Origin: Candidatus Latescibacterota bacterium
GTDB lineage: Bacteria; Latescibacterota; CBDEFO01
Assembly (NCBI GenBank): GCA_965248755.1
Contig: OZ252149.1
Location: 3,232,001 to 3,296,000, forward strand
Length of the DNA stretch: 64,000 nt
Direction: 5' to 3'
Made by a program: the position numbers and the translations under genes. Shown in pieces: positions 1-10,107 of the stretch (its first letter is position 1; each line of letters starts with the position of its first letter). Under the pieces are notes generated by a model. It was not told the origin of the DNA. It saw only the letters and a program-made list of their open reading frames with translations, and searched no databases.

Positions 1-1
1 G

Positions 2-85
2 TGGGCCACACCTCTGGCTTGGGCAGAAAAGAACGTCCACACCGAGATCGCTGAGATCCTGCGAAAGCACGGTGCTAACCGTTAG
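2..85 (+). CDS. 3' end of an ankyrin-repeat protein (partial, runs off window)
   Basis: Frame 2 reads WATPLAWAEKNVHTEIAEILRKHGANR*, matching the ankyrin consensus TPLxxA..GH.EIAExLxxxGA. Confidence 0.7.
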   Translation, partial: WATPLAWAEKNVHTEIAEILRKHGANR

Positions 86-118
86 ATGTTCCTTCTGCAG
101 GGTGCTAACAATCACTTA

Positions 119-1574
119 TTAGCCTTTTATAAGTATCCACACATACCACAATCCGACTCCAATATATATCGCCGTGACTATAAACATCATAGTCCTGACT
201 GCCCAGTTTGGCTTCACCCATGCGGGGAAGGCTTTAGGCAACATATAGATGTTCAGATATATCAGAGCGGGACAGTATATGCCCATCGAGAGGAAGGCGA
301 TCACCCTCTATATGATTATCAGGGCCCCGGGCTGTGCAAGGAGCATGGTTATGGCAGTCAGGACGGTAAAGAGGACTACGAACATGTAGTACCACGTCCT
401 GAAGTGGAATCTTTTGGCCCACTGGAAGTTGGAGAAGAAGTAGTCCGCCTGTATTCTGGAATACCCATCTGTAAGTTGAAGCCACGCATCGCACAGGAAG
501 ACGGCAGCTACTACGAGGAAGATGGCCTTGCCGATTGGTCCCCAGGCGACCTCGAAGAAGGCCTATTGAACTACAGCTATCTGCCAGCCCTCAGGCACTT
601 TGCCTTCGGGCATAAGGAGCGCCCATGCGAGCCAGCACATAAATACCGTAGTTATAAGGTTTAGAATAACTCCTAGTCCATTCTCAAACGATAGGTATCT
701 GACAAAGCCTCGGTAGTTCTTCCTGTTCTCCTGCGTATCGGAAAAGGCGTACCCTGTGGAGGGTATAGATTCTGCCTCCCCTGTGATAGGACTTGTGACC
801 CTGCCTATGTATTTACCCATTCCCACGCCCTTATCCCTCATCCAGTAGGCGAAGAAGAACTGTCCAAATCCCCCGGCTCCTGCAAAGGCTATAGCTGTGA
901 TGATCACATTTGTATCTGCCGCTTCCCAGTTGTCGGGGACATAAAAGTAGGGTTTTATGAGCGCACTGAAGAACTCTCCACCAACCGCCAAGACCTTGGA
1001 TTGCAGAACGGCCGCAATGACTCCACCGATGAGTTATGACTACGATAGCTATGGTGAATCTTTCTATTACCTTATAGACCACTTTTCTAAAGAAGAGCGC
1101 AATGAGATACACAGCTATAGTGAGGTATCCCCAAAAGAGGGATTGTCCCCTTTGAGACCATTCCGAAGGCAGCCCGGTAAGCTCAGCAAGGGCGGTGCCA
1201 CCAGCGGAGGCGTACGCCCCGAACCAGACGTTTTCTATGAAGATGCCGATCCAGATCAACGTGGCGTACCACTTGCCTATCCTGCTGAATCCCGCCATCA
1301 TCGTCTCGCCTGTGGCAGCGGTGTACCTTATGATCTCCAAATTGACCCAGAATTGGAGAAGAGAAGCGGGGATCAGGAGTCCCAGAAATGCCGCGCCGTA
1401 TTTAGCGGTAAGGTATGGCCACCATATAAGCTCTCCGCTACCCTGGGCCAGTCGTGCCCACACGATTCCAGGGCCTAAATAGGAAAATAACCCCATAGAC
1501 ATCGGGACAGGGAGTATCTTGAGCGGACCTGTTTTTCAGAGTGTTATTTCACCTCTGTTCTCTTGTTGCGGCAT
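119..1574 (-). pseudogene. Nramp-like/APC-superfamily membrane transporter, disrupted
   Basis: Fragments 831-1502 (GPGIVWARLAQGSGELIWWP...), 563-991 and 119-304 form one membrane protein. It has an in-frame TGA near the 5' end, a frameshift near 1000, a TAG at 563-565 and another break near 310. Confidence 0.75.
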
Positions 1575-1575
1575 T

Positions 1576-2103
1576 TTATCTCCTTAATTTAATCCAATCC
1601 AAGAGAGCCTGCTCGGTGCTCTTGAAGGCTATCTGATCCCAGGGCACATTAGCAGGCTGGAACTTTCCGATCTCCAGACACTCAGGCCCTGCTTCGATAT
1701 TGCCTCCTACAGCTTCAGCAATATAAACGATAACGACAACTGGATTGTTGGGATAGGAGTACACTCCTAAAAGAGACGTTATCCGAACGTCTATATTTGC
1801 TTCTTCCTTCGTCTCTCTGATTGCGGAGGTTTCGGTACCTTCTCCTCTGTCGACGTATCCTCCGGGGAACGTCCACTTTCCCAGCACAGGTTCTATACCG
1901 CGCCTTACCAGGATAATTTCTCCGTCATCCTCAACGAGGGCGCACGACGCGACCTTGGGATCAAGGTAGACTGTGCCACCGCAGAGCTTGCAGACGGGTC
2001 GTTCTACCCCCGCTATCGTCCCTTTTTGCATCTTCCCTCCGCATTCGGGGCAAAAATTGTATTGGCTTATCATATACTTTGCCTTGAGATAACATTTAGA
2101 CAT
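1576..2103 (-). CDS. NUDIX hydrolase with N-terminal zinc ribbon (start probably ~2073)
   Basis: FCPECGG..CKLCG ribbon; Nudix box GGYVDRGEGTETSAIRETKEE. Confidence 0.9.
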   Translation of the reverse strand: MSKCYLKAKYMISQYNFCPECGGKMQKGTIAGVERPVCKLCGGTVYLDPKVASCALVEDDGEIILVRRGIEPVLGKWTFPGGYVDRGEGTETSAIRETKEEANIDVRITSLLGVYSYPNNPVVVIVYIAEAVGGNIEAGPECLEIGKFQPANVPWDQIAFKSTEQALLDWIKLRR

Positions 2104-2260
2104 TAAGGGTTATTAACCATAAAGCAGAAGAGATTGGTTCCGCTTCGCGTCTTTTCGGAGTTTTGGCACCTCACATTAAGGAAGAGAGCATCAGCCTTTA
2201 GTCATTGCAAGCGCTACCGATTGAACCCCCGATAGAATCATTCGGGGGCGGGCCTCGCCC

Positions 2261-3316
2261 CTACGTTCCATCTACTAATGTTGATCGGAGTATCTCCACC
2301 TGAAGTCTCATATTCTTCAGCGCTCTTTCGCCAGCTGAGGGAATTTCTAGCTCTTCTGTTGTGACAGAATTTACGAAATCAAAGATCAGCATGTGCAAAA
2401 GGTCGTCGAATACCTCATCCTTTCCCCCATAATTCAAGACTGATTTATAGACTCCGCCCACATCTTTCGTTCCTATGTCCACGATGAATCCGTTGACGCC
2501 GAACTTTCTCCTGAGTTCGCCATCTGTTCTATTTCTGAGCATACTCTTTCTGAGCATAATCTCAACAGAACAGCGCCACGGGATGGTCGCATGATTCGCG
2601 GTGGTCGCACCACCTTGAGGTCCGACCCAGTCAAAGTTTGTGATATTCTCAGTCTTTCTTACCGTACTTCTTAGCGTCTGCGGATCTATCTTGCCGTCGG
2701 ACATGAGCGTCAGCAAAAGGCTCAAAGCATGCGGCATAAGGTCAACGAGTATATCTTCATAACTGCAGTTTACAGTGTCGCCCCTTGACTCTAATTCTAC
2801 ATAGAATCTTTCTATATTTTCAAGGTTTCCCATTTCTCTTTCATATATCTCTTTATAGTTTCGGGGAAGAGCGACATATTGTGTGGAAACGCCTACAGTC
2901 AAAGCTTTTTCCTCTGCTGATCTTACCATCTCCTCTCCGTCTGAGAGTATCTGTTCAAACGACTTGTTCCGATCCCAGGTCAGCGGTTTTTCACAGAGGA
3001 CACAAGCCCCAGCTTCCAGGCTCTTGAGAGTATGTTCTTTATGTAGACGATAGGGAGAACAGACCCCTACTATATCCGGTTTCTGGTCATTTAACATCTC
3101 ATCTACATCCCAGTAAGCCACTCCCTGGAAGCCGAAGAGATCATGGAGTACGGACGCCGTATTCTGTGTCCTCCTTCGGGATGTACCCACAAAGGCGACC
3201 ACATCACATCCGACCAAGTTGTACCACTTTGCGTGGTGCTTTCCAATTCCCCTTGCCCCTACTATGGCTACTTTAGTCTTCAATTGTATCACCTTGTTGA
3301 AAATCGTATGCTGCAA
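2261..3316 (-). CDS. Gfo/Idh/MocA family oxidoreductase
   Basis: VAIVGARGIG Rossmann motif; CEKP motif. Confidence 0.85.
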   Translation of the reverse strand: MQHTIFNKVIQLKTKVAIVGARGIGKHHAKWYNLVGCDVVAFVGTSRRRTQNTASVLHDLFGFQGVAYWDVDEMLNDQKPDIVGVCSPYRLHKEHTLKSLEAGACVLCEKPLTWDRNKSFEQILSDGEEMVRSAEEKALTVGVSTQYVALPRNYKEIYEREMGNLENIERFYVELESRGDTVNCSYEDILVDLMPHALSLLLTLMSDGKIDPQTLRSTVRKTENITNFDWVGPQGGATTANHATIPWRCSVEIMLRKSMLRNRTDGELRRKFGVNGFIVDIGTKDVGGVYKSVLNYGGKDEVFDDLLHMLIFDFVNSVTTEELEIPSAGERALKNMRLQVEILRSTLVDGT

Positions 3317-3452
3317 TCAAAAAGGTCAGAAGAATATAGCAAAAACCTGCTTTCAGTCAAGAAATTATTTGGCAGAGTTACAAAGTTCCTGTGGGGAGCA
3401 AAAAAGTAGTTGTATCATCCCCACATTATTGCTATCTTGATCGTAATACACT

Positions 3453-3686
3453 TAACCCGAATAATTCACAAAAAAGGCCGTGTATTAATTAAGGGATTGT
3501 ATTATATTATAGTTATGCGGTTTAACCACCTTCGGTGTCATTGCGAGCCGAAGGCGAAGCAATCCCCCCGATAGATTTAATCGGGGGTTACTGTGGTAGA
3601 TGTAATACTCTCCGTCTCTCATAGAAGACCACTATAAGACCTTGAGATTGCTTCCCCGATAGACTCAATCGGGGTTTGGCAATGAC
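3453..3686. mobile_element. MITE-like element, copy 1 (lacks right inverted repeat)
   Basis: Close match to 11663-11917 and 61041-61294; begins TAACCCGAATAATTCACAAA. Confidence 0.7.
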
Positions 3687-4437
3687 AGCTACCTACTCTT
3701 TCCTAATCTACAGGGAGATGCTAATGGATCTTAAAGGTAGAATTGTTATAATAACCGGAGGGACGGGCAATTTGGGAAAGGCGGTAACTGAGGCCTTCTT
3801 AGATTCTGGAGCGAAAACTGTAGTGACATATATCATAGATGAAGAGGCAGTGGATTTGCGTTCTAATCTTGAGCATATGGAAAATCATCCTATGATTGTG
3901 AAGGTGGATGTCCTATCGCCGGAAAGTCTACTGGAGATAGTAGAAGAGGTCCTGGATAAGTTCGGGAGGATAGATGCACTTGTGCATTTAGTGGGGGGCT
4001 TCAGAGGGGATAATCCTGTGGTAGAGATGTCACAGGACGATTGGGATAGTATGTTGAATCTGAATCTGAAGTCGGCCTTCCTGTGCGCAAATGCAGTTTT
4101 ACCGGCAATGATAGGGCAAGAAAGCGGCAGGATCACGATGATTTCGTCTAAAGCGGCAGAACAGCCATTTGTCGGAGCTTCGGCTTACTCTGTGGCTAAG
4201 GCGGGAATTATAACGTTGGTCAGAACCATAGCTGATGAGGTAAAAGACAGCGGCATTACCGCAAACTGCGTTATGCCCAGCATTATAGACACAGAGCAGA
4301 ATAGAAGATCTATGCCGAAGGCCGATTTCGACAAGTGGGTCAAACCGGAAGACCTCGCTCGTGTTCTCCTGTTCTTGTCATCAGACGCATCGAAAGACAT
4401 AAATGGCGCTTCGATCCCCGTCTACGGGAGGGTCTGA
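3676..4437 (+). CDS. Short-chain dehydrogenase/reductase (start probably ~3724)
   Basis: TGGTGNLG; YSVAK catalytic YxxxK. Confidence 0.92.
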   Translation: MAMTATYSFLIYREMLMDLKGRIVIITGGTGNLGKAVTEAFLDSGAKTVVTYIIDEEAVDLRSNLEHMENHPMIVKVDVLSPESLLEIVEEVLDKFGRIDALVHLVGGFRGDNPVVEMSQDDWDSMLNLNLKSAFLCANAVLPAMIGQESGRITMISSKAAEQPFVGASAYSVAKAGIITLVRTIADEVKDSGITANCVMPSIIDTEQNRRSMPKADFDKWVKPEDLARVLLFLSSDASKDINGASIPVYGRV

Positions 4438-4575
4438 CAAGATAAGTAGACAGTAGTCAGTAGCCCCCGATAGGTTCAATCGGGGGTAGACAGGGAAAGG
4501 CAAGGGCAGACGTGCCCGGAAGACAGTAGACAGGGCAACTCCTCCCACCCCGGTATGCTGACGAGGAACAGCACG

Positions 4576-5577
4576 TTAATCTTGAAACGCCTCTGAATCG
4601 GACAACGAACCTGAAATATCCAGATCTGGCATTGAGGTTGAGTTTCGCTCCCTCAGTATGTCTCGTCCCGATCTAACCGCTCGGTATCCGAATCGCTCTC
4701 GCAGAGAATCGACTGCTCCTTGAAAGCGCTCCTTTTTTTCAGTTTCGTTATCCCACAAGCTCAACTGGCGGGCTGCAGGGCTCAGGTTGCCGGCACCTAC
4801 ACCCAAGAGTCGCACAGCCTGTCCTGGACTCCAGAGCTTTTCAAAGAGACCCATCGCCTCACTGTAAATCCTAAAGTCCAGATCGGTCGGCTCTCTCAAT
4901 GCAACTTGCCGCGTTAAGGTGGTAAAATCGGGCCAGCGCAACTTCAACGTGACTTTGCGGCAACTTACGCCCTTCCACCTAAGTCTCCTTCCCACTACCT
5001 CAGACAAGACAAAGAGAGTTCCCTGGAGTACATCCCTGTCAGGAACGTCGTGTGAGAAGGTTGTCTCCTTGCTCATAGACTTTTCTTCCCTTGTGGTTTC
5101 AACAGGGCTGTCGTCGATGCCTCGTGCATAGAGCGCTAACCTCCAACCGTTCACCCCAAAACGCCGACCGAAGTATTCCTCAGGCCATCTGGCAAGATCC
5201 CCTATGGTGCTGAACCCAAGTTTTCGCAGGTAACGGGCTGTTTTTGTTCCGACCCCCCACAGCGCACTGATTGGAAGAGGTGCAAGGAAGGCCGCCTCCT
5301 GACCAGGCGGCACCACCGTAATGGCATTGGGTGGTTCGACCATTCCCTGCGGACCGTTCGTCTGAACCGATGCTTTACCGACATTGTTAGCGATCTTTGT
5401 AACTATCTTGTTGGTAGCAGCGCCCAATGAACATGGTAATCCAATGTTGTCCCGGATTGAGGTCTGTAATTTCCGAGCTAACACTCCTGCCGGCTCTGCG
5501 CTATGTGATAAATCCAGAAACGCTTCATCTACCGAAAATTTCTCAACAACTGGCGTCAATGCATACAGATGCTCAAT
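4576..5577 (-). pseudogene. dinB: DNA polymerase IV, C-terminal part of a split gene
   Basis: IEHLYALTPVVEKFSVDEAFLDL (SxDE motif), LWGVG, KSMSKETTF; begins exactly at the IS left end. Confidence 0.92.
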
Positions 5578-5605
5578 CCCCCATTCGCCATATTAGACCC
5601 GAAAA

Positions 5606-7003
5606 ATGGTTGTCAAAGTCGCCAGAACATGTTATATTACAATAAATAAGACTCATAAATGGCGGATAAATATTGATCATCCAGAGGGTGAAAGAATGAA
5701 AGTAGGTTTTGATGGAGGAATAAAGCTTGAATTTCATGGTGCAAAGGTGACATCAAACGGTGGACTTCTTGCGTATCGTGACCTTGATTACGCACTGGGA
5801 TTATTTGATTCGGTATCAGCGGTTTTTACCGATAAACGCACAGGCCGTAATATCCAACATGATATATCTACTCTCCTGCGTCAATCGATATACAGCCGTC
5901 TTGCAGGATATGAAGATGTAAATGACGCCGAGCGATTATCCGTTGATCCCGTCATGCGAGCGATTACCGGAAAGAAGGACAAAGGCAGGCAAGCTGCCAG
6001 CTCCAACACGATAGGACGTTTTGAAACTGATATACTGACTCAGCATGACAATCTCAGAAACTTGTCAGATATCAATGGCAAGTGGGTTCAAAAAGCGATG
6101 AGTAAAACACAGCATCAACGAATCATTCTGGACATGGACAGTTCGGAGAGTCCGGTACATGGCCAGCAGGAAGGATCAGCTTACAACGGTCATTTCGGAT
6201 GTACCTGTTTTCATCCAGTGTTCTGCTTCAATCAGTTCGGGGATTGTGAAGGAGTCCTACTTCGCTCTGGTAATGTTCACAGTGCTGATCGTTGGAAGGA
6301 AGTTCTGGAACCGATCGTCAAGAGATACGAGAGCAAGAAGAATAGGAAATACTTTCGAGGCGATGCTGCATTCGCAAAGCCTGAGATTTATGATTATCTG
6401 GAGGGAAACGGCTATTTGTATGCCATTCGGTTTCCCGCAAATGAGATACTCTATGAAAAGATACGATACCTGCTGACTCGGCCAGTTGGACGACCGCCGA
6501 GGAAACCGATTGTATCGTTATATGAATTTCAATATAAAGCGGCCAGTTGGGATCAATCGAGGCGAGTGGTCGCCAAGGTTGAATGGCACCAAGGGGAGTT
6601 ATTCCCAAGAGTGGGATTTATCGTGACCAACATGAGCGCCAAGCCAGAAGGCGTGGTACACTTCTACAATGGCCGTGGCAGAGCTGAGCAGTGGATTAAG
6701 GAGGGCAAGTATGCTCTGAACTGGACCCGACTCTCATGCAAGCGTTTCGTCTCCAATCAGGTGAGGCTCTGGCTGTTTGTTCTGGCTTACAACTTGGGCA
6801 ACTTCCTGCGACGTTTTGTTCTTCCGAAGAAAATCAAACACTGGTCACTACGCAGCCTCCTCGTGAAATTTATCAAAATCGGAGCGAAGATTGTCAGACA
6901 CAGCGGATATATTACGTTTCAAATGGCTGAGGTTGGGATAGACAAGAGGTTATTTGCCGAAATATTATCCCGGATTGAACGATTGCGATGTTATTCTGTT
7001 TAA
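5606..7003 (+). CDS. IS1380-family DDE transposase
   Basis: GYEDVND, LDMDSS, RGDAAF, YNGRGRAEQWIKEGK motifs. Confidence 0.95.
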   Translation: MVVKVARTCYITINKTHKWRINIDHPEGERMKVGFDGGIKLEFHGAKVTSNGGLLAYRDLDYALGLFDSVSAVFTDKRTGRNIQHDISTLLRQSIYSRLAGYEDVNDAERLSVDPVMRAITGKKDKGRQAASSNTIGRFETDILTQHDNLRNLSDINGKWVQKAMSKTQHQRIILDMDSSESPVHGQQEGSAYNGHFGCTCFHPVFCFNQFGDCEGVLLRSGNVHSADRWKEVLEPIVKRYESKKNRKYFRGDAAFAKPEIYDYLEGNGYLYAIRFPANEILYEKIRYLLTRPVGRPPRKPIVSLYEFQYKAASWDQSRRVVAKVEWHQGELFPRVGFIVTNMSAKPEGVVHFYNGRGRAEQWIKEGKYALNWTRLSCKRFVSNQVRLWLFVLAYNLGNFLRRFVLPKKIKHWSLRSLLVKFIKIGAKIVRHSGYITFQMAEVGIDKRLFAEILSRIERLRCYSV

Positions 7004-7112
7004 ACTGCCACATTTTTTTGTGAGTCGATGGAGAGGTGTCTCTAATTGGAGGATTTAAACACAAAGAAAGTGATAATTCAGAGGAAAATACTATTTTAAT
7101 TGAAAAAAGTAC

Positions 7113-7140
7113 TTGTTGAAAAATGTAAAAGTGGTAATAT
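7113..7140 (+). promoter_or_regulatory. Candidate outward-facing sigma70 promoter near the IS right end
   Basis: TTGTTG-N16-TAATAT with a TG extended -10; position analogous to the ISEcp1 outward promoter. Confidence 0.3.
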
Positions 7141-7654
7141 TAATTCAGAAACAAGAATGTATCGAAATATAATCCCTCATGAATGTGATATGGGGAATGT
7201 CGGTTGTACTCTATCTTGAATTTATAAAAACTCAAAAAAGTTTTGGATGTTTTGTCTCTCTCACGTATCTATAATACGACAGTGATATAAATTTCTCATA
7301 AAGTATTTGTAAAATAGTTGACAAATACTAAATATATGTAAAATAAATAAGATATGTCATCAAAGAAAGCTTGACAAAGCTTGGGAATTGTACTATACGT
7401 ATAACAGTTACTAACATTATCCTGATTAAGCAAAGAACTTGATGACTTCTATGCGGTGTCTTTCACGAATTCTACGTAACAGCTATAGGTAGTCCTAATT
7501 TGTTTGCTGAAAAGATACTGCTATTAACTTAAAGAACTTTCATGCCGGAAGGGGAAATAGTTTCAGGCAAAGGAAAGGAGGGAGCGAAACATCAGAAAAG
7601 AGCTCCTGTATAGCAGTTGATGGCATTGTTCTTGTAAGGAGGTGATGAAACAAA

Positions 7655-8287
7655 ATGAGAGGACGAGCAGTGAAACCTTCCACGGTTCTGGCTACGATAA
7701 CTTTCGTTATCTTGGGTATCGCTGCACAAATACACGCCCAGGTGTCCGCCCCAATTATCACTAATTACGTCAGAGCGGTTGCAGTCGAACCCGGAGGGAA
7801 CGCGGTCTATGTGGGTTTATACATTGCAAGGCGTATGGTCCGATTCGCATCAGAGGACGTGGGAAACGCCGACCCGCGCTCTTTGACCATAGCGATAGCC
7901 GCCAAGGACGCCTTTGACTTTCTCGGCTCCCCCGAGGGTGAACTTGCGCTCGCTCAAGCGGCAGTCTACCTTGCCACAGCCCCTAAGAGCAATTCTGTAT
8001 ACTCCGCATATCAGATGGCCCAGGAAGACGTCCAAAAAAGTCCCTCTTTGCCCGTCCCTCTCCACATTCGCAACGCCCCTACGCAACTTATGAAAGAACT
8101 CGGATACGGAAAGGGCTACAAATACGCCCACGATTCTGAGGAAAGCTACATAGCTCAGGAATATCTGCCCGACAATCTGGCAGGTGCCAAGTACTACTAC
8201 CCCACAGAACACGGATACGAAAAGAAGATAACGGAAATGATGAAATGGTGGGAGAGCCTTAAGCAGTCAGTAGACAGGAGTCAGTAG
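7655..8287 (+). pseudogene. rarA: Chimeric ORF: signal-peptide N-terminus of a secreted protein fused in frame to the RarA/MgsA C-terminal domain
   Basis: About 54 aa signal-peptide region, then LYIARRMVRFASEDVGNADP...PKSNS...LGYGKGYKYAHD; AAA+ domain absent; junction at 7815/7816. Confidence 0.85.
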
Positions 8288-8467
8288 CCCCCGATTGAAT
8301 CTATCGGGGCTAGACAGGGCACCGCCTACCATCCCCCTTTCCTAAGAAGACATCAGTTTTTCCTCTTCAACTTTCGCAGGAAATTGTAGGGGCGAGGTCC
8401 CCTCGCGCCAAGGACTGGGTCTCCCAGCCCCTACGAAACGTTGCTTGGAACAGGAGCACGAGGTAAA

Positions 8468-9523
8468 TTGCTCGTATCCGAATTCGACTACTATCTGCCG
8501 CAAGGACTCATCGCTCAATATCCCTTAGTGGAGCGGGGCGAATCCAGACTGATCGTCGTGGACAGGCAGCGCAAAAGCATAGATCACAGGCACTTCAAGG
8601 ATATAGTGGACTACATAAATCCAGGTGATTGTCTCGTCATCAACGATATAAAGGTCCTCCTGGCTCGGCTGATAGGAAAGAGAGTTGTCACAGGGGGCAA
8701 GATCGAAATTCTACTTCTGAAGAGATTGTCGGAATCTCCGCCCACCTGGTCGGTACTGGCAAAGCCAGGAAGGTTAGCCAGATTGAACGCTCAATTTGCC
8801 TTCGGGGAGAAAGATAACGCTCTAACTGGGGAAATTGTGGAGATCCAGCCGGACGGAATCAGGACTATGCGATTTGAATGTACAGGATCGTTTGAGCAGA
8901 AATTAGCTCAAATTGGACAGGTCCCGCTCCCTCCTTACATAAAAAGATCCTCTCCTTATGATCAGGACTTTCAAAGATACCAGACCGTCTACGCAAAAGT
9001 GGAGGGAGCAATCGCTGCTCCTACTGCCGGACTGCACTTCACAGATCATATCCTCGATAGAATAAGAAACAAGGGCGCATCTGTAGTCCCCCTAACCCTG
9101 CACGTTGGACTCGGTACGTTTGCACCCGTGAAGACAGAAAGAGTGGAAGACCACACGATGCACGAAGAGAAGTACCAGGTCTTGGAAGACGCCGCAACTA
9201 TTATCAATCGTAGAAAGGGAAAGGTCTTCGCCGTGGGTACGACTGTGCTCAGGACGCTGGAGTCAACATCCCACTGTGACGGATCTGTCCACCCCGGATC
9301 AGGAGAGACGGACTTATTTATCTATCCGGGCTATAAGTTTAAGGTCGCAGACGCTCTCTTGACGAACTTTCACCTCCCCAAGACCACTCTCCTTATGCTA
9401 GTCTGCGCCTTTGGTGGTGCGACCACTCCGTGTGGAAAAGATCTTATTTTCAAGGCCTACGAGGAGGCTATAGAGGAAAGATATAGATTTTACTCCTACG
9501 GAGACGCCATGCTGATCGTGTGA
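8468..9523 (+). CDS. queA: S-adenosylmethionine:tRNA ribosyltransferase-isomerase
   Basis: EFDYYLP, PLPPYI, AAPTAGLHF, TNFHLP, YRFYSYGDAM; TTG start after GAGG. Confidence 0.97.
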   Translation: MLVSEFDYYLPQGLIAQYPLVERGESRLIVVDRQRKSIDHRHFKDIVDYINPGDCLVINDIKVLLARLIGKRVVTGGKIEILLLKRLSESPPTWSVLAKPGRLARLNAQFAFGEKDNALTGEIVEIQPDGIRTMRFECTGSFEQKLAQIGQVPLPPYIKRSSPYDQDFQRYQTVYAKVEGAIAAPTAGLHFTDHILDRIRNKGASVVPLTLHVGLGTFAPVKTERVEDHTMHEEKYQVLEDAATIINRRKGKVFAVGTTVLRTLESTSHCDGSVHPGSGETDLFIYPGYKFKVADALLTNFHLPKTTLLMLVCAFGGATTPCGKDLIFKAYEEAIEERYRFYSYGDAMLIV

Positions 9524-9526
9524 TCG

Positions 9527-9835
9527 CTACCCTGTCTTTCCGAAGTTGTCCAGAAAGATCACAAAGTCGGACAGTCCGATCTCTCCATTACCATCTAAAT
9601 CAAATTTAGGATCCCAATTAGCCGAATCAGTCGTTGTCCCGAAAGCATCCAAGAAGAGGACAAAATCTGAAAGACCTACTTCCTTGTTCCCGTCAAAATC
9701 TCCTATAAGCGAAGTGGAAGAAGGCTGGTTGGCCTGCCCTAATGTCGGCTCAGCGACTACCCAGTCTGACGATTGATGGGGGAAGTTCCCATCTCCTACA
9801 TACTGAATAGACTGTCCGGTCGGAACACTTGTGGG
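9527..9835 (-). pseudogene. 3' fragment of a secreted protein ending in paired EF-hand/dockerin-like motifs
   Basis: Open frame PTSVPTGQ...PTLGQAN...GDFDGNKEVGLSDFVLFLDAFG...DLDGNGEIGLSDFVIFLDNFGKTG*; truncated exactly at the unit boundary. Confidence 0.8.
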
Positions 9836-10107
9836 TCAATACACTGTTCGGAGGCTTTCCCATATACCAGGTGTCGCCGGGGGACAATTACTAACTCAGG
9901 ACACAGTTTGACCGCTTGAGCCATCGGTATCCCTGAGCCTATACCGAACTTTCGAGCTGCATACGAGCAGGAAGCTACTATCCCTCGACTATCAGGTTGC
10001 GCACCTACAGCGAAGGCTACACCCTTAAGGGACGGATCGCGCTGCTCTTCCACGGCGCAGAAAAAGGCATCCAGGTCAAAGTGTAATATTTTACGATACA
10101 TAGGCAT
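9836..10107 (-). pseudogene. dinB: DNA polymerase IV, N-terminal part of a split gene
   Basis: ILHFDLDAFFCAVE, SCSYAARKFG motifs; homology ends at ...YGKASEQCI. Confidence 0.92.

Larger units (their letters stand above)
5578..7203 (+). mobile_element. IS1380-family insertion sequence, copy 1 (1,626 bp)
   Basis: IRL CCCCCATTCGCCATAT and IRR ATATGGGGAATGTCGG (13/16); matches 59403-61028; no immediate target duplication (TCAAT vs TTGTA). Confidence 0.95.
5578..9835 (+). mobile_element. IS1380 one-ended transposition unit (IS plus 2.6 kb passenger DNA)
   Basis: TCAAT direct repeat at 5573-5577 and 9836-9840; removing the unit restores dinB in frame; right end TGTGGG resembles the IRR terminus TGTCGG. 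Confidence 0.85.

Noticed and set aside
86..664. Plus-strand 192-aa ORF and the many other antisense or overlapping ORFs in the track
   Set aside because: They are shadows of recognisable genes on the other strand or frame and carry no motifs
9741..9748. AATGTCGG, an exact match to the IRR terminus, as another capture junction
   Set aside because: The passenger reading frame runs uninterrupted through it and no duplication follows
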